This document shows positions 1-7,497 of a stretch of DNA of 46,533 nucleotides, piece after piece. Below the pieces are notes generated by a model, which did not search any database, was not told where the DNA came from, and saw nothing but the letters and a program-made list of their open reading frames with translations. The translations under genes were made by a program, and so were the position numbers. This stretch comes from a virus. Where the stretch lies: the IMG/VR virus record IMGVR_UViG_3300045988_064709; one strand, 5' to 3'. The stretch's first letter is position 1. Every line of letters starts with the position of its first letter.

Positions 1-99
1 ATTTTTTTTTCAGCCCTTTATATTGTATAGCTGCCCTATTTGCGAAAAATCTTGATTTTCTTTTATATTTACACTTGACAAGTAAATGCAAATATGCTA
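1..99 (+). repeat. Terminal direct repeat copy 1, identical to 46435..46533
   Basis: Base-by-base comparison of both window ends gives 99/99 identity. This implies a circular or terminally redundant genome with a unique length of 46434 bp. Confidence 0.95.
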
Positions 100-103
100 T
101 CTT
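75..103 (+). promoter_or_regulatory. SigmaA-type promoter (TTGACA, 17-nt spacer, TGcTATCTT extended -10)
   Basis: TTGACA at 75..80, a 17-nt spacer, and TG at 95..96 before TATCTT at 98..103. It lies upstream of the 256.. operon and is related to the promoter at 1804..1832. Confidence 0.55.
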
Positions 104-255
104 GTATTTACCGAAAAGCAGTAAATGTAAATGCACCTTGAAAATTAAATCCCCGTACATTTCCCCATATAGGCCGGTGAAATAGGCTTTCAGCGTATCA
201 AGGCCGAAAAAGGGAAAACGGAACGGAATATATATTATGAAAGGCTGATTGCTAT

Positions 256-609
256 ATGAAAAAGATTTTTGATTTACCCGTTTGCGGTTCTGATCGGGCA
301 AAAAGTTTTTACGGAAAGGCGAAAATCATTGAAACGGAAAACGGCGAAAAAGTTTTACAGTCCTATAATACTTTTGTTTGCCGTATCACGGCGGCGGGGC
401 GGTTCGTTCGTATGTGGGGCGGTTATTCTGTTACCACAATGCGCCATGTAAATAGTTTTCTTTCATTCTATGATATGAACGGCGGCGGGAAATCATGGTG
501 GGATATGCAGCCGGTAGAAACGGAAAAGCCGAAAGCGGCGGATATGACCCCCGCCGAAAGTTTGAAAGCCATGTGTAACCGCCGTGCAGCTAACAACATG
601 AATTATTGA
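256..609 (+). CDS. Hypothetical protein (cargo island)
   Basis: 117-aa ORF, first gene after promoter 75..103, in the visibly AT-richer segment. I recognise no family motif. Confidence 0.6.
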   Translation: MKKIFDLPVCGSDRAKSFYGKAKIIETENGEKVLQSYNTFVCRITAAGRFVRMWGGYSVTTMRHVNSFLSFYDMNGGGKSWWDMQPVETEKPKAADMTPAESLKAMCNRRAANNMNY

Positions 610-623
610 AAGGGGTGTATTAA

Positions 624-968
624 ATGAAATTCAAGACAACACAAAAGGAAATCCGGGCGAATTACAATAAAATTATTTGTGTTCCCTATTGCGGATTGCA
701 AAACCTTTTGAATTATGAAAGTCCGGTTGCGTACACGGCACGCCGTGAGGGGTGGGCGGCTGATATTTACGATATGGGCGGCGGGGTTGCCATTGTAACA
801 GGATATGCCCCATTCGGAAATATTCGCCCGTCCTATGAATTGCGGGAACGGTATGAAACGCAAGCCGAAAAAATCCGTTATGATTATAGTCTTTCCTATG
901 AACAACAACGGGAAAGTTTGAAAAGCCTTGCAAGGGATTTTATAAAGGGGGTTTGCAATCATGAATAA
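624..968 (+). CDS. Hypothetical protein (cargo island)
   Basis: 114-aa ORF with GGGG upstream of the ATG, tightly packed with its neighbours. Confidence 0.6.
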   Translation: MKFKTTQKEIRANYNKIICVPYCGLQNLLNYESPVAYTARREGWAADIYDMGGGVAIVTGYAPFGNIRPSYELRERYETQAEKIRYDYSLSYEQQRESLKSLARDFIKGVCNHE

Positions 969-1203
969 ACGGGAATATTGCGAAAGCCGGGAAAGTATCG
1001 CATATTATAGCGGCTTGAATGGCCTTGAAATCAAAGGCATTGAATATGGCATTGACGATCATGTTTACTGCGTTTCCGGTGCATGGGGCGGCGGTAAAGC
1101 GTTCCACCGTTGCAAGATACAGTATACCCGGAAAGGGGCGGCTTTTTTCCGGGTGCATGGGTATAGGGTTCCGCTTGATGAATGTATCAGAATGGGGGTT
1201 TAA
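961..1203 (+). CDS. Hypothetical protein (cargo island)
   Basis: 80-aa ORF overlapping the previous stop by 8 nt, an operon-style arrangement. Confidence 0.55.
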   Translation: MNKREYCESRESIAYYSGLNGLEIKGIEYGIDDHVYCVSGAWGGGKAFHRCKIQYTRKGAAFFRVHGYRVPLDECIRMGV

Positions 1204-1205
1204 TT

Positions 1206-1412
1206 ATGAATTACATTTTCAAAACAACGGCAACAATGAAAGAATACAACAATAAAAAGTGGTACATTGACGGCGGCATTGTTTCGGATATGCGCATAGA
1301 TGCGGATAGCGTGGAAAATGCGCTTGAAATTTACCGGGAACGGGTGGAAGAAAAGCATTATATCAACATTTCCAAAAATGCTATAAAAAAACAAGTCGGA
1401 AATGTTCGCTGA
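1206..1412 (+). CDS. Hypothetical protein, apparently frameshifted at an A7 run; continuation ORF at 1402..1554
   Basis: ATG at 1206 follows the previous stop at 1203. The ORF ends 21 nt after the A7 run (1385..1391). Another frame then stays open to 1554 (FADLSDGSIKQVGYVITGKTEF...). Confidence 0.5.
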   Translation: MNYIFKTTATMKEYNNKKWYIDGGIVSDMRIDADSVENALEIYRERVEEKHYINISKNAIKKQVGNVR

Positions 1413-1642
1413 TCTATCAGACGGGAGCATAAAACAAGTTGGCTATGTTATTACGGGCAAAACAGAATTTGACAAGGGCGATTATACCGGATACAGCACA
1501 CAATATATTGATTTGTGGGTAACAATTCTAACCGTTGTTGATACGGTATTTTAACGGGGGTGAAAGCGTGTATCTAATTCTTTTGTTGCTTTTGCTGCCG
1601 GTGCAAATCCTGATTGAAATATTGAAATTGAATAAGTGAACG

Positions 1643-1676
1643 CCGCCCCGGTGCTATTCCGGGGCGGTTGTTTTTT
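1643..1676 (+). terminator. Rho-independent terminator
   Basis: Perfect 9-bp stem CCGCCCCGG/CCGGGGCGG (1643..1651 and 1659..1667), a 7-nt loop, then TTGTTTTTT. Confidence 0.8.
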
Positions 1677-1680
1677 GCGT

Positions 1681-1696
1681 TTTCCGGCCTGATTTG
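1681..1696 (+). repeat. Right copy of the imperfect direct repeat flanking the AT-rich segment (TTTCCGGCCTGATTTG)
   Basis: Matches TTTCGGCCTGATCTG at 46409..46423 apart from one extra C and one C/T difference. It sits right after the island terminator. Confidence 0.5.
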
Positions 1697-1803
1697 GGCG
1701 GCGTGAATGGGTGACGGGGGCGGGGGATATGCCAGCGGCAGCGAGGGTGGGGTGAGCTGAAAAATACCCGCAAAAAATAAAAAGGCTTATTTACACTTAC
1801 CTA

Positions 1804-1832
1804 TTGACAATTACATTTACCTATGCTATCTT
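1804..1832 (+). promoter_or_regulatory. SigmaA-type promoter of the recombinase cassette
   Basis: TTGACA at 1804..1809, a 17-nt spacer, then TGcTATCTT. It shares ATTTACACTT and TATGCTATCTT with promoter 75..103. Confidence 0.55.
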
Positions 1833-1851
1833 ATATGCAAGAGGTGATCTT

Positions 1852-2625
1852 ATGATGACATTCAAAAACGCAATCGGCTATATCCGAGTCTCCACCGAGC
1901 GACAGGCCGATGATGACAAATACGGTATCGAGGTTCAGAAGCAGGCCATTCTTCTCTACGCCAACGACAACGGCTATAACATCGTAGACTGGAAGGTCGA
2001 TGAAATCAGTGGTGCGAAAGATGACCGTCCCGGTCTGAACGAAATCCTTTATGGGGACGATGTAAGCAATCCTCCCTATGAAGCGGTGATCGTATTCAAG
2101 AATGACCGTGTGGCTCGTGATACCAAGCTGTACTTCTACTACCTGTATGTGCTGGAAAAGAAGAACATCAAACTTCTGAGTACGCAGGAGAGCTTCACAG
2201 AGGGCAGTGAGTTTGCCAACATCTACCGTGCGCTGTTGCAGTTCGTAGCGGAGCAGGAAAGAAAGAACATCGCTCTGCGAACCGGCAAGGGTCGTTCCAT
2301 TAAGGCTTCCTGCGGCGGGTACAGCGGTGGTCGCCGTCCTTACGGCTACAAGGTGGTTGATGGTGTTCTCACCATTGACGAGCAGGAAGCTCCTATCGTG
2401 AAGTTCATCTTCGAGAAGCACGAGGACGGCGTTTCCATGCTGGGTATCACGGAGCTGCTGGAAAAGGCGGGATACCAGACCCGTTCCGGCAAGCGGTTTC
2501 AGGTGTCCACCATCAAGAGTATTCTTGGCAACCGTCCTTTGTACGAGGGTATGTATAAATACGGCGACATGAATTGGGTCAAGGGCGTTCATGAGCCTAT
2601 TTTGAAGGGGGCGGGAGAGGAATGA
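1852..2625 (+). CDS. Small serine recombinase (resolvase catalytic domain plus partial recombinase domain)
   Basis: N-terminus IGYIRVSTERQ carries the catalytic Ser motif. GGRRPYGYKV...EAPIVKFIF resembles a recombinase domain. No zinc ribbon or coiled coil. GAGGTG RBS precedes the ATG at 1852. Confidence 0.8.
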   Translation: MMTFKNAIGYIRVSTERQADDDKYGIEVQKQAILLYANDNGYNIVDWKVDEISGAKDDRPGLNEILYGDDVSNPPYEAVIVFKNDRVARDTKLYFYYLYVLEKKNIKLLSTQESFTEGSEFANIYRALLQFVAEQERKNIALRTGKGRSIKASCGGYSGGRRPYGYKVVDGVLTIDEQEAPIVKFIFEKHEDGVSMLGITELLEKAGYQTRSGKRFQVSTIKSILGNRPLYEGMYKYGDMNWVKGVHEPILKGAGEE

Positions 2626-3092
2626 ATAAGGTGGTGTGGCTGATAGGGCTGGCGGTCATCGTGGTCTTCTTGCTGGTCGGGTGTTCTAAGAAGGACTCGG
2701 CTGAACCTGTTGCGTGGGACTCGGCTCTTTCCGAAGCCGGGTTCACCGATGACGAGATCGCAAGCTATCGGAAAGTGTTTGACACCGTAGGGGTGACTGA
2801 TTTCCACGATGTTTCTATCGTAGATAATGACCCGATGACCGTGATTTGTGGTAAAATTTATGACAGCGAGGATTTACAGCTCAATGTGACACTGGAAAAT
2901 CACCAGATCATCTATGTAGAGTTGGCTGGTATCCCTGACACCAAGACCCAAGCCTATTTCAACTGGCGTGGCAAAGTGAAATGGAAGACAGTGAATACGA
3001 AAAAAGCAGTTGAGCTATATTCTGACACCGAGGGCGGCTATTTAGGGGTTCTGGATTGGGGCAATAAGACGATTTCGGAGTATGAGGGCTGA
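2622..3092 (+). CDS. Lipoprotein (possible lysogenic-conversion or exclusion factor)
   Basis: Signal peptide with lipobox LLVGC|S. ATGA overlap with the recombinase stop. Confidence 0.7.
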   Translation: MNKVVWLIGLAVIVVFLLVGCSKKDSAEPVAWDSALSEAGFTDDEIASYRKVFDTVGVTDFHDVSIVDNDPMTVICGKIYDSEDLQLNVTLENHQIIYVELAGIPDTKTQAYFNWRGKVKWKTVNTKKAVELYSDTEGGYLGVLDWGNKTISEYEG

Positions 3093-3096
3093 TACC

Positions 3097-3186
3097 ATGA
3101 GATTTTTTCTCAATGTAATAGGGTATTTTCTGATAATCAGTTCTATTTTGCTGGTTCTGGCGTTTGTGATACCGAAAATTCTATAA
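3097..3186 (+). CDS. Small hydrophobic peptide (29 aa)
   Basis: MRFFLNVIGYFLIISSILLVLAFVIPKIL is a single TM-like segment, 4 nt after the lipoprotein stop. Too short for strong support. Confidence 0.3.
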   Translation: MRFFLNVIGYFLIISSILLVLAFVIPKIL

Positions 3187-3220
3187 TCGGCTTCTGTTAG
3201 GACAGAAGTGACAGCCATAA

Positions 3221-3262
3221 CGGGCTATCTGTGTAGAAATACACGGGTAGCTCGTTTTTTTT
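3221..3262 (+). terminator. Rho-independent terminator
   Basis: 15-bp stem (with G-U pairs) CGGGCTATCTGTGTA / TACACGGGTAGCTCG, GAAA loop, T8 tail. Confidence 0.75.
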
Positions 3263-3274
3263 GTTGGAAAGGAA

Positions 3275-4927
3275 ATGCACATGAATTATGAAAAACTCTC
3301 CGGCTCTATCCGAGCCGTGATCGACCGCCGACCGGGAGATAACGGGGCGTACAGCGACCTTTTTTCTCTATGCCGGGAGTGGGAAACCGAGGATTTCTCG
3401 GCGGCACATAAGGCGAACAAGGAGCTGCTGGCACTCTCCGCAGATCAGGTAGTCCGTGGCGGCGGGGCGAAGTTCTATGAACAGTGGCGGCGGTGTCTTC
3501 TCTTTGAAGCACCCCATGATTTTGACTCCTTCATGACCTATATTGAACTCGACCGCAAGCCGGAAAAGCGGTTCTATGCTCCCCGTAAGCACTATCTCAG
3601 ACCGATGGTGCAGGGGTTCCAAGATGTTCTGGACGGGAAGCTGCGCCTTTTGACGATCTCCATGCCGAAACGAGCGGGTAAGTCACAAACAGGTATCAAT
3701 TTTGTGAATATGCTCTCCGGGAAGTTCCCTGACCGCTCGACCCTGATGGAAGGGACAGGCGATGACCTTGTAAAGAGCTTCTACAATGGTTGTCTGGAAT
3801 ACCTGACAGTCCCTAACGAGTATCTATTCTATGATGTATTCCCGGACGCACGGCTGGTGCAGACCAACGCCGACACGAAGACGGTGAACCTGAAAAGCAA
3901 GTCCCGTTTCCCCACCATCATGTGTCGTTCCATTGACGCTCGACAGGTGGGCTTGTCCGAAGCCACTAATGTCCTCTACCTTGATGACTGTGTGGAAGGT
4001 CGTGAGGAAGCCAAGAACCGCCAGCGGCTTGATGACAAGTGGGAAGTGATCTCCGGCGATATTATGGGTCGTGCCATTGAAGGTACGCCGATGGTCTTTA
4101 CCGGTACTCGTTATTCCCTGTATGACCCCATCGGTCGTGTGCAGGAACACGCACAGCGGGAGGGCTGGGCTTGGAGAGCGATTGAGATACCCGCCCTCGA
4201 TCTCGTGACGGACGAGAGCAATTATGAATACGAGCGGGAGGGCAAAAAGGTTTTCACCACCGCCTACTTCCGGGAGCAACGGGAGCTTCTGAGCGCAGAG
4301 CAGTTTGAGAGCGAGTTCCAGCAACAACCCTTTGAAGCGAAGGGTCTGCTGTTCAACAAGGACGAGCTGAACTACTTCTTTGAGCTGCCGAAAGACCGTG
4401 ACCCGGATACTATCATCGCCGTTGGCGATACGGCGGAAAGCGGCTCTGACTCGACCTCTATGCCGGTGGCGAAGATTTACGGCAACGATGTGTATATCGT
4501 TGATGTGGTCTTTGATGACTCTCCCGCTGAGGTGACGAAGCCGGAATGTGCCAAGTGCCTGATCGAGAACAAGGTTGCTTCCGCCGTCTTTGAGTCCAAC
4601 AATGCCGGTCAGTATTATGCCAGAGATGTTGACCAGATCATTCGTGAGCGTGGGTACTCTGTTGGTATCCGCACGAAGCGCACGATCTCCAACAAGCAGA
4701 CCCGTATCGAGTTCGCTTCCGACAATATCAAGAAGAACTTCTACTTCAAGCACCCCTCCACCTACAAGCGGGGCAGTCAGTATTGGAACTTCATGAAGGA
4801 AGTGACCACCTACACTCGCTCCGGCAAGGTTCCGCACGATGACGCTCCTGACTCCCTCTCCCTGTTGGAGAACGAAATCCGTATGCTGTCCGGGGGCAAG
4901 GTTGAGGTTTTCAAACGGCCTTACTGA
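3275..4927 (+). CDS. terL: Terminase large subunit
   Basis: 550 aa. Walker A-like PKRAGKS, Walker B-like LYLDDCVEG, and a C-terminal nuclease region (IIAVGDTAESG..., HDDAPDSL). Lies immediately upstream of the portal gene. Confidence 0.85.
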   Translation: MHMNYEKLSGSIRAVIDRRPGDNGAYSDLFSLCREWETEDFSAAHKANKELLALSADQVVRGGGAKFYEQWRRCLLFEAPHDFDSFMTYIELDRKPEKRFYAPRKHYLRPMVQGFQDVLDGKLRLLTISMPKRAGKSQTGINFVNMLSGKFPDRSTLMEGTGDDLVKSFYNGCLEYLTVPNEYLFYDVFPDARLVQTNADTKTVNLKSKSRFPTIMCRSIDARQVGLSEATNVLYLDDCVEGREEAKNRQRLDDKWEVISGDIMGRAIEGTPMVFTGTRYSLYDPIGRVQEHAQREGWAWRAIEIPALDLVTDESNYEYEREGKKVFTTAYFREQRELLSAEQFESEFQQQPFEAKGLLFNKDELNYFFELPKDRDPDTIIAVGDTAESGSDSTSMPVAKIYGNDVYIVDVVFDDSPAEVTKPECAKCLIENKVASAVFESNNAGQYYARDVDQIIRERGYSVGIRTKRTISNKQTRIEFASDNIKKNFYFKHPSTYKRGSQYWNFMKEVTTYTRSGKVPHDDAPDSLSLLENEIRMLSGGKVEVFKRPY

Positions 4928-4937
4928 AAGGTTGGTT

Positions 4938-4966
4938 TTGACAAATGTTGTGGCGAATGGTATGAT
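4938..4966 (+). promoter_or_regulatory. Near-consensus sigmaA promoter (TTGACA, 17-nt spacer, TATGAT)
   Basis: Hexamers and the 17-nt spacer read directly from the terL-portal intergenic region. Confidence 0.55.
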
Positions 4967-4979
4967 TGAAGATTAACTA

Positions 4980-5008
4980 TTGACAACCATTGGACACAAC
5001 GGTATACT
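4980..5008 (+). promoter_or_regulatory. Near-consensus sigmaA promoter (TTGACA, 17-nt spacer, TATACT)
   Basis: Second tandem promoter, 42 bp after the first. Both share GGTAT just before or at the -10 element. Confidence 0.55.
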
Positions 5009-5088
5009 TATAGATAGAAACCAGCAGAAACCAACAAAACGGTATACGAATGAACAGATAACGATAGGGTGGAAAGGAGGTGCTGTAA

Positions 5089-6525
5089 GTGGGTGCGAGA
5101 GCGTTGTTTGGTCGCCGTGTGATCTATACCGATGTTGCCGAAATCAATGCCGGGAACATCATTGATGTTCTGCAAAAGGCTTTGTTCGTCCATCTGCAAA
5201 ACAGCGCCGACATTGACTATCTCTATCGGTACTATCGTGGAGATCAGCCTGTGCTTTACCGAGAGAAGGAAGTACGGCCTGAAATCTGCAACAAAGTCGT
5301 TGAGAACCGAGCCAATGAGATCGTGTCCTTCAAGGTCGGCTATCTGATGGGGGAACCCGTTCAGTATGTGAGCCGCAGCGATGACGAGAGCATTTCCGCT
5401 GAGGTCAGCCGCTTGAACGATTATGTTCTCAGTGAGGATAAGCCTGCCAAGGACAAGGAACTGGCGGACTGGTCGCACATTGGCGGCACTTCCTATCGCA
5501 TGGTGCTTCCTGATGGGGAAGCCGATGCAGAGGAAGACGAAGCCCCCTTCGAGATTTTCACCCTTGACCCTCGCTTCGCCTTTGTGGTCTACTCCACCGC
5601 CCTCGGCAACCCTGCCATGATGGGCGTGAAGTATGTGAAGGACGAGAACGGAAACCTGATTTTCAGTTGCTATACCCGTGACCATTACTACGAGGTGGAG
5701 AACACTTGGGCGATCATTCGGAGCGAACCTCAGATTTTGGGTATTCCTATCATCGAGTACCCGGCAAATAAGGCTCGGCTGGGTGCTTTTGAGATCGTCC
5801 TCCCCCTACTGGACGCTATCAATACCGTGGAAAGCAACCGCCTTGACGGTGTGGAGCAGTTCGTACAGGCTCTCATGCTGTTCCACAATGTTGACATTAA
5901 CACCGAGGATTTTCGCCAGCTTCGTGACGAGGGTGCAATCAAGTACAAGGACATTGACCAGCAGTTCAAGGCTGAGATCGAGTATCTGACCTCGGAAATG
6001 AACCAGACGCAGACGCAGACCCTCGTGGACAGTATGTATAACACTGTCCTGACGATCTGTGGTATGCCGAACCGCAACGGTGGTTCTTCCACCAGTGATA
6101 CCGGCTCTGCGGTCATCATGCGTGATGGCTGGTCTGCCGCCGAAGCGAGGGCGAAGGACTCCGAGCTAATGTTCAAGCAGTCCGAGAAGGATTTCTTGAA
6201 GTTGGTTCTGCGTATTTGCCGTGACCTGAGCGACCTGACGCTGAAACTCAGCGGTCTGGAAATCCGCTTCACCCGCAGAAATTACGAAAATATCACGGAA
6301 AAGGCAAATGTGCTGACTGCTATGCTTGCCAATTCGAAGATCGCCCCGGTTCTGGCCTTTACCCATTGTGGTTTGTTCTCTGACCCGCAGCTTGCGTACC
6401 GTATGAGCATGGATTACGCTGAGGAACAGGAGAAAAAGGCCGCTGAACTCGCAATCAAGCAGAAGGAGGTTAATCCTGATGGAGAAGGAAATCCGCCTGA
6501 CCCCGGAAGCGGTCAGACAGATTGA
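5089..6525 (+). CDS. Portal protein (SPP1 gp6-like)
   Basis: 478 aa. N-terminal DIDYLYRYYRGDQP...NKVVENRANEIVSFKVGY is typical of SPP1-type portals. GTG start follows an AGGAGG RBS. Confidence 0.85.
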   Translation: MGARALFGRRVIYTDVAEINAGNIIDVLQKALFVHLQNSADIDYLYRYYRGDQPVLYREKEVRPEICNKVVENRANEIVSFKVGYLMGEPVQYVSRSDDESISAEVSRLNDYVLSEDKPAKDKELADWSHIGGTSYRMVLPDGEADAEEDEAPFEIFTLDPRFAFVVYSTALGNPAMMGVKYVKDENGNLIFSCYTRDHYYEVENTWAIIRSEPQILGIPIIEYPANKARLGAFEIVLPLLDAINTVESNRLDGVEQFVQALMLFHNVDINTEDFRQLRDEGAIKYKDIDQQFKAEIEYLTSEMNQTQTQTLVDSMYNTVLTICGMPNRNGGSSTSDTGSAVIMRDGWSAAEARAKDSELMFKQSEKDFLKLVLRICRDLSDLTLKLSGLEIRFTRRNYENITEKANVLTAMLANSKIAPVLAFTHCGLFSDPQLAYRMSMDYAEEQEKKAAELAIKQKEVNPDGEGNPPDPGSGQTD

Positions 6526-6631
6526 GGAAATCTTGACTACGGGAAAGACCGTTGAGATCGCAGAACGACACGAGAAGGTGATCGTGTGGGCGGTCAGCAG
6601 CAAAAAGAAATATGAACAGCCTATCGCATAG
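6479..6631 (+). CDS. Small hypothetical protein (50 aa) overlapping the portal 3' end
   Basis: AAGGAGGT RBS 8 nt before the ATG at 6479. MEKEIRLTPEAVRQIEEIL... Confidence 0.45.
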   Translation: MEKEIRLTPEAVRQIEEILTTGKTVEIAERHEKVIVWAVSSKKKYEQPIA

Positions 6632-6651
6632 GTGATAGGAACAGCCATTAC

Positions 6652-6692
6652 GGGCTACTGATACCGAAAAGGTATTGGTAGCCCTTTTATTT
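6652..6692 (+). terminator. Rho-independent terminator
   Basis: 14-bp stem GGGCTACTGATACC / GGTATTGGTAGCCC (two G-U pairs), GAAAA loop, TTTTATTT tail. Confidence 0.7.
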
Positions 6693-6894
6693 ATCCTCTC
6701 AATGCCCTCGGAGTTTTCGGACAGTCCGTGAAAGCTCAGTCTTTTCGGAGATATGAGAAAGGCGAAGACAATGATTTGACCGCCGCAAGGCGTTGAATGG
6801 TCAGGGAAGACCTTAATCGCAAACGGGAGACAACCCGCAAAAACGGAAAATAGTGCTGAGTGAACAGCCTTGTTAAACGCAGGAGGTAATCATT

Positions 6895-7482
6895 ATGGCA
6901 AAGATCGACACCAGCAAAATCACGGGCTATGCGGAAATGTCTGCGGAAGACAAGCTGAAAGCTCTGGAAGCGTTCGAGTATGAGGACAACGCCGCCGAGC
7001 TGGAAAAGCAGAAAGCCGCTGTTTCCAAGGCCAACTCCGAAGCCGCTGAGTGGAAGCGCAAGCACAACGCTCTGTTAGGTGAGGACGAGAAGAAGAAGCA
7101 GGAGCAGGAGGAAAAGTTCGCCAACATGGAGAAGGAGCTTTCCGAACTGCGGGAAGCCAAGAGTGCTTCTGAGTACAAAGCTCAACTGATTGGGCTGGGG
7201 TATGCAGAAGATTTGGCGTCTAAGACCGCAAAGGCGATGGTTGCTGGTGATACCATGACGGTTATCGCTAATCAGCAGAAGTTCCTTGACGAGTACACAA
7301 AACAGGTCAAGGCTGACACTCTGAAAAAGACCCCCAAGCCCACTCCCGGTGCCGGTGGCGGTACTGGCGAGATGGATTACGCCAAGAAAATCGAGGAAGC
7401 ACGGACAAACGGTGATTTTGCCGCCGTTGCTTACTACACCCGCCTGCAAGCCGAAGCGGAAGCGCAGGCGAAAAAAGAGTAA
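6895..7482 (+). CDS. Scaffolding protein (GP20-like, coiled coil)
   Basis: 195 aa, rich in E, K and A. Sits between the portal and capsid genes. AGGAGG RBS. Confidence 0.7.
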   Translation: MAKIDTSKITGYAEMSAEDKLKALEAFEYEDNAAELEKQKAAVSKANSEAAEWKRKHNALLGEDEKKKQEQEEKFANMEKELSELREAKSASEYKAQLIGLGYAEDLASKTAKAMVAGDTMTVIANQQKFLDEYTKQVKADTLKKTPKPTPGAGGGTGEMDYAKKIEEARTNGDFAAVAYYTRLQAEAEAQAKKE

Positions 7483-7497
7483 AGGAGAGTTTTTACT

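Noticed and set aside
1-99. Terminal repeats read as attL/attR or as LTR-like element ends.
   Set aside because: There is no host DNA outside them, and the repeat cuts through a promoter. Gene order closes sensibly across the junction (terS region to cargo to terL). The repeats are better explained as circular assembly overlap.
6693-6894. About 200-nt gap between the portal-region terminator and the scaffold gene, examined for an RNA gene or promoter.
   Set aside because: I could find no convincing -35/-10 pair, tRNA-like structure or conserved repeat. It is left unannotated.
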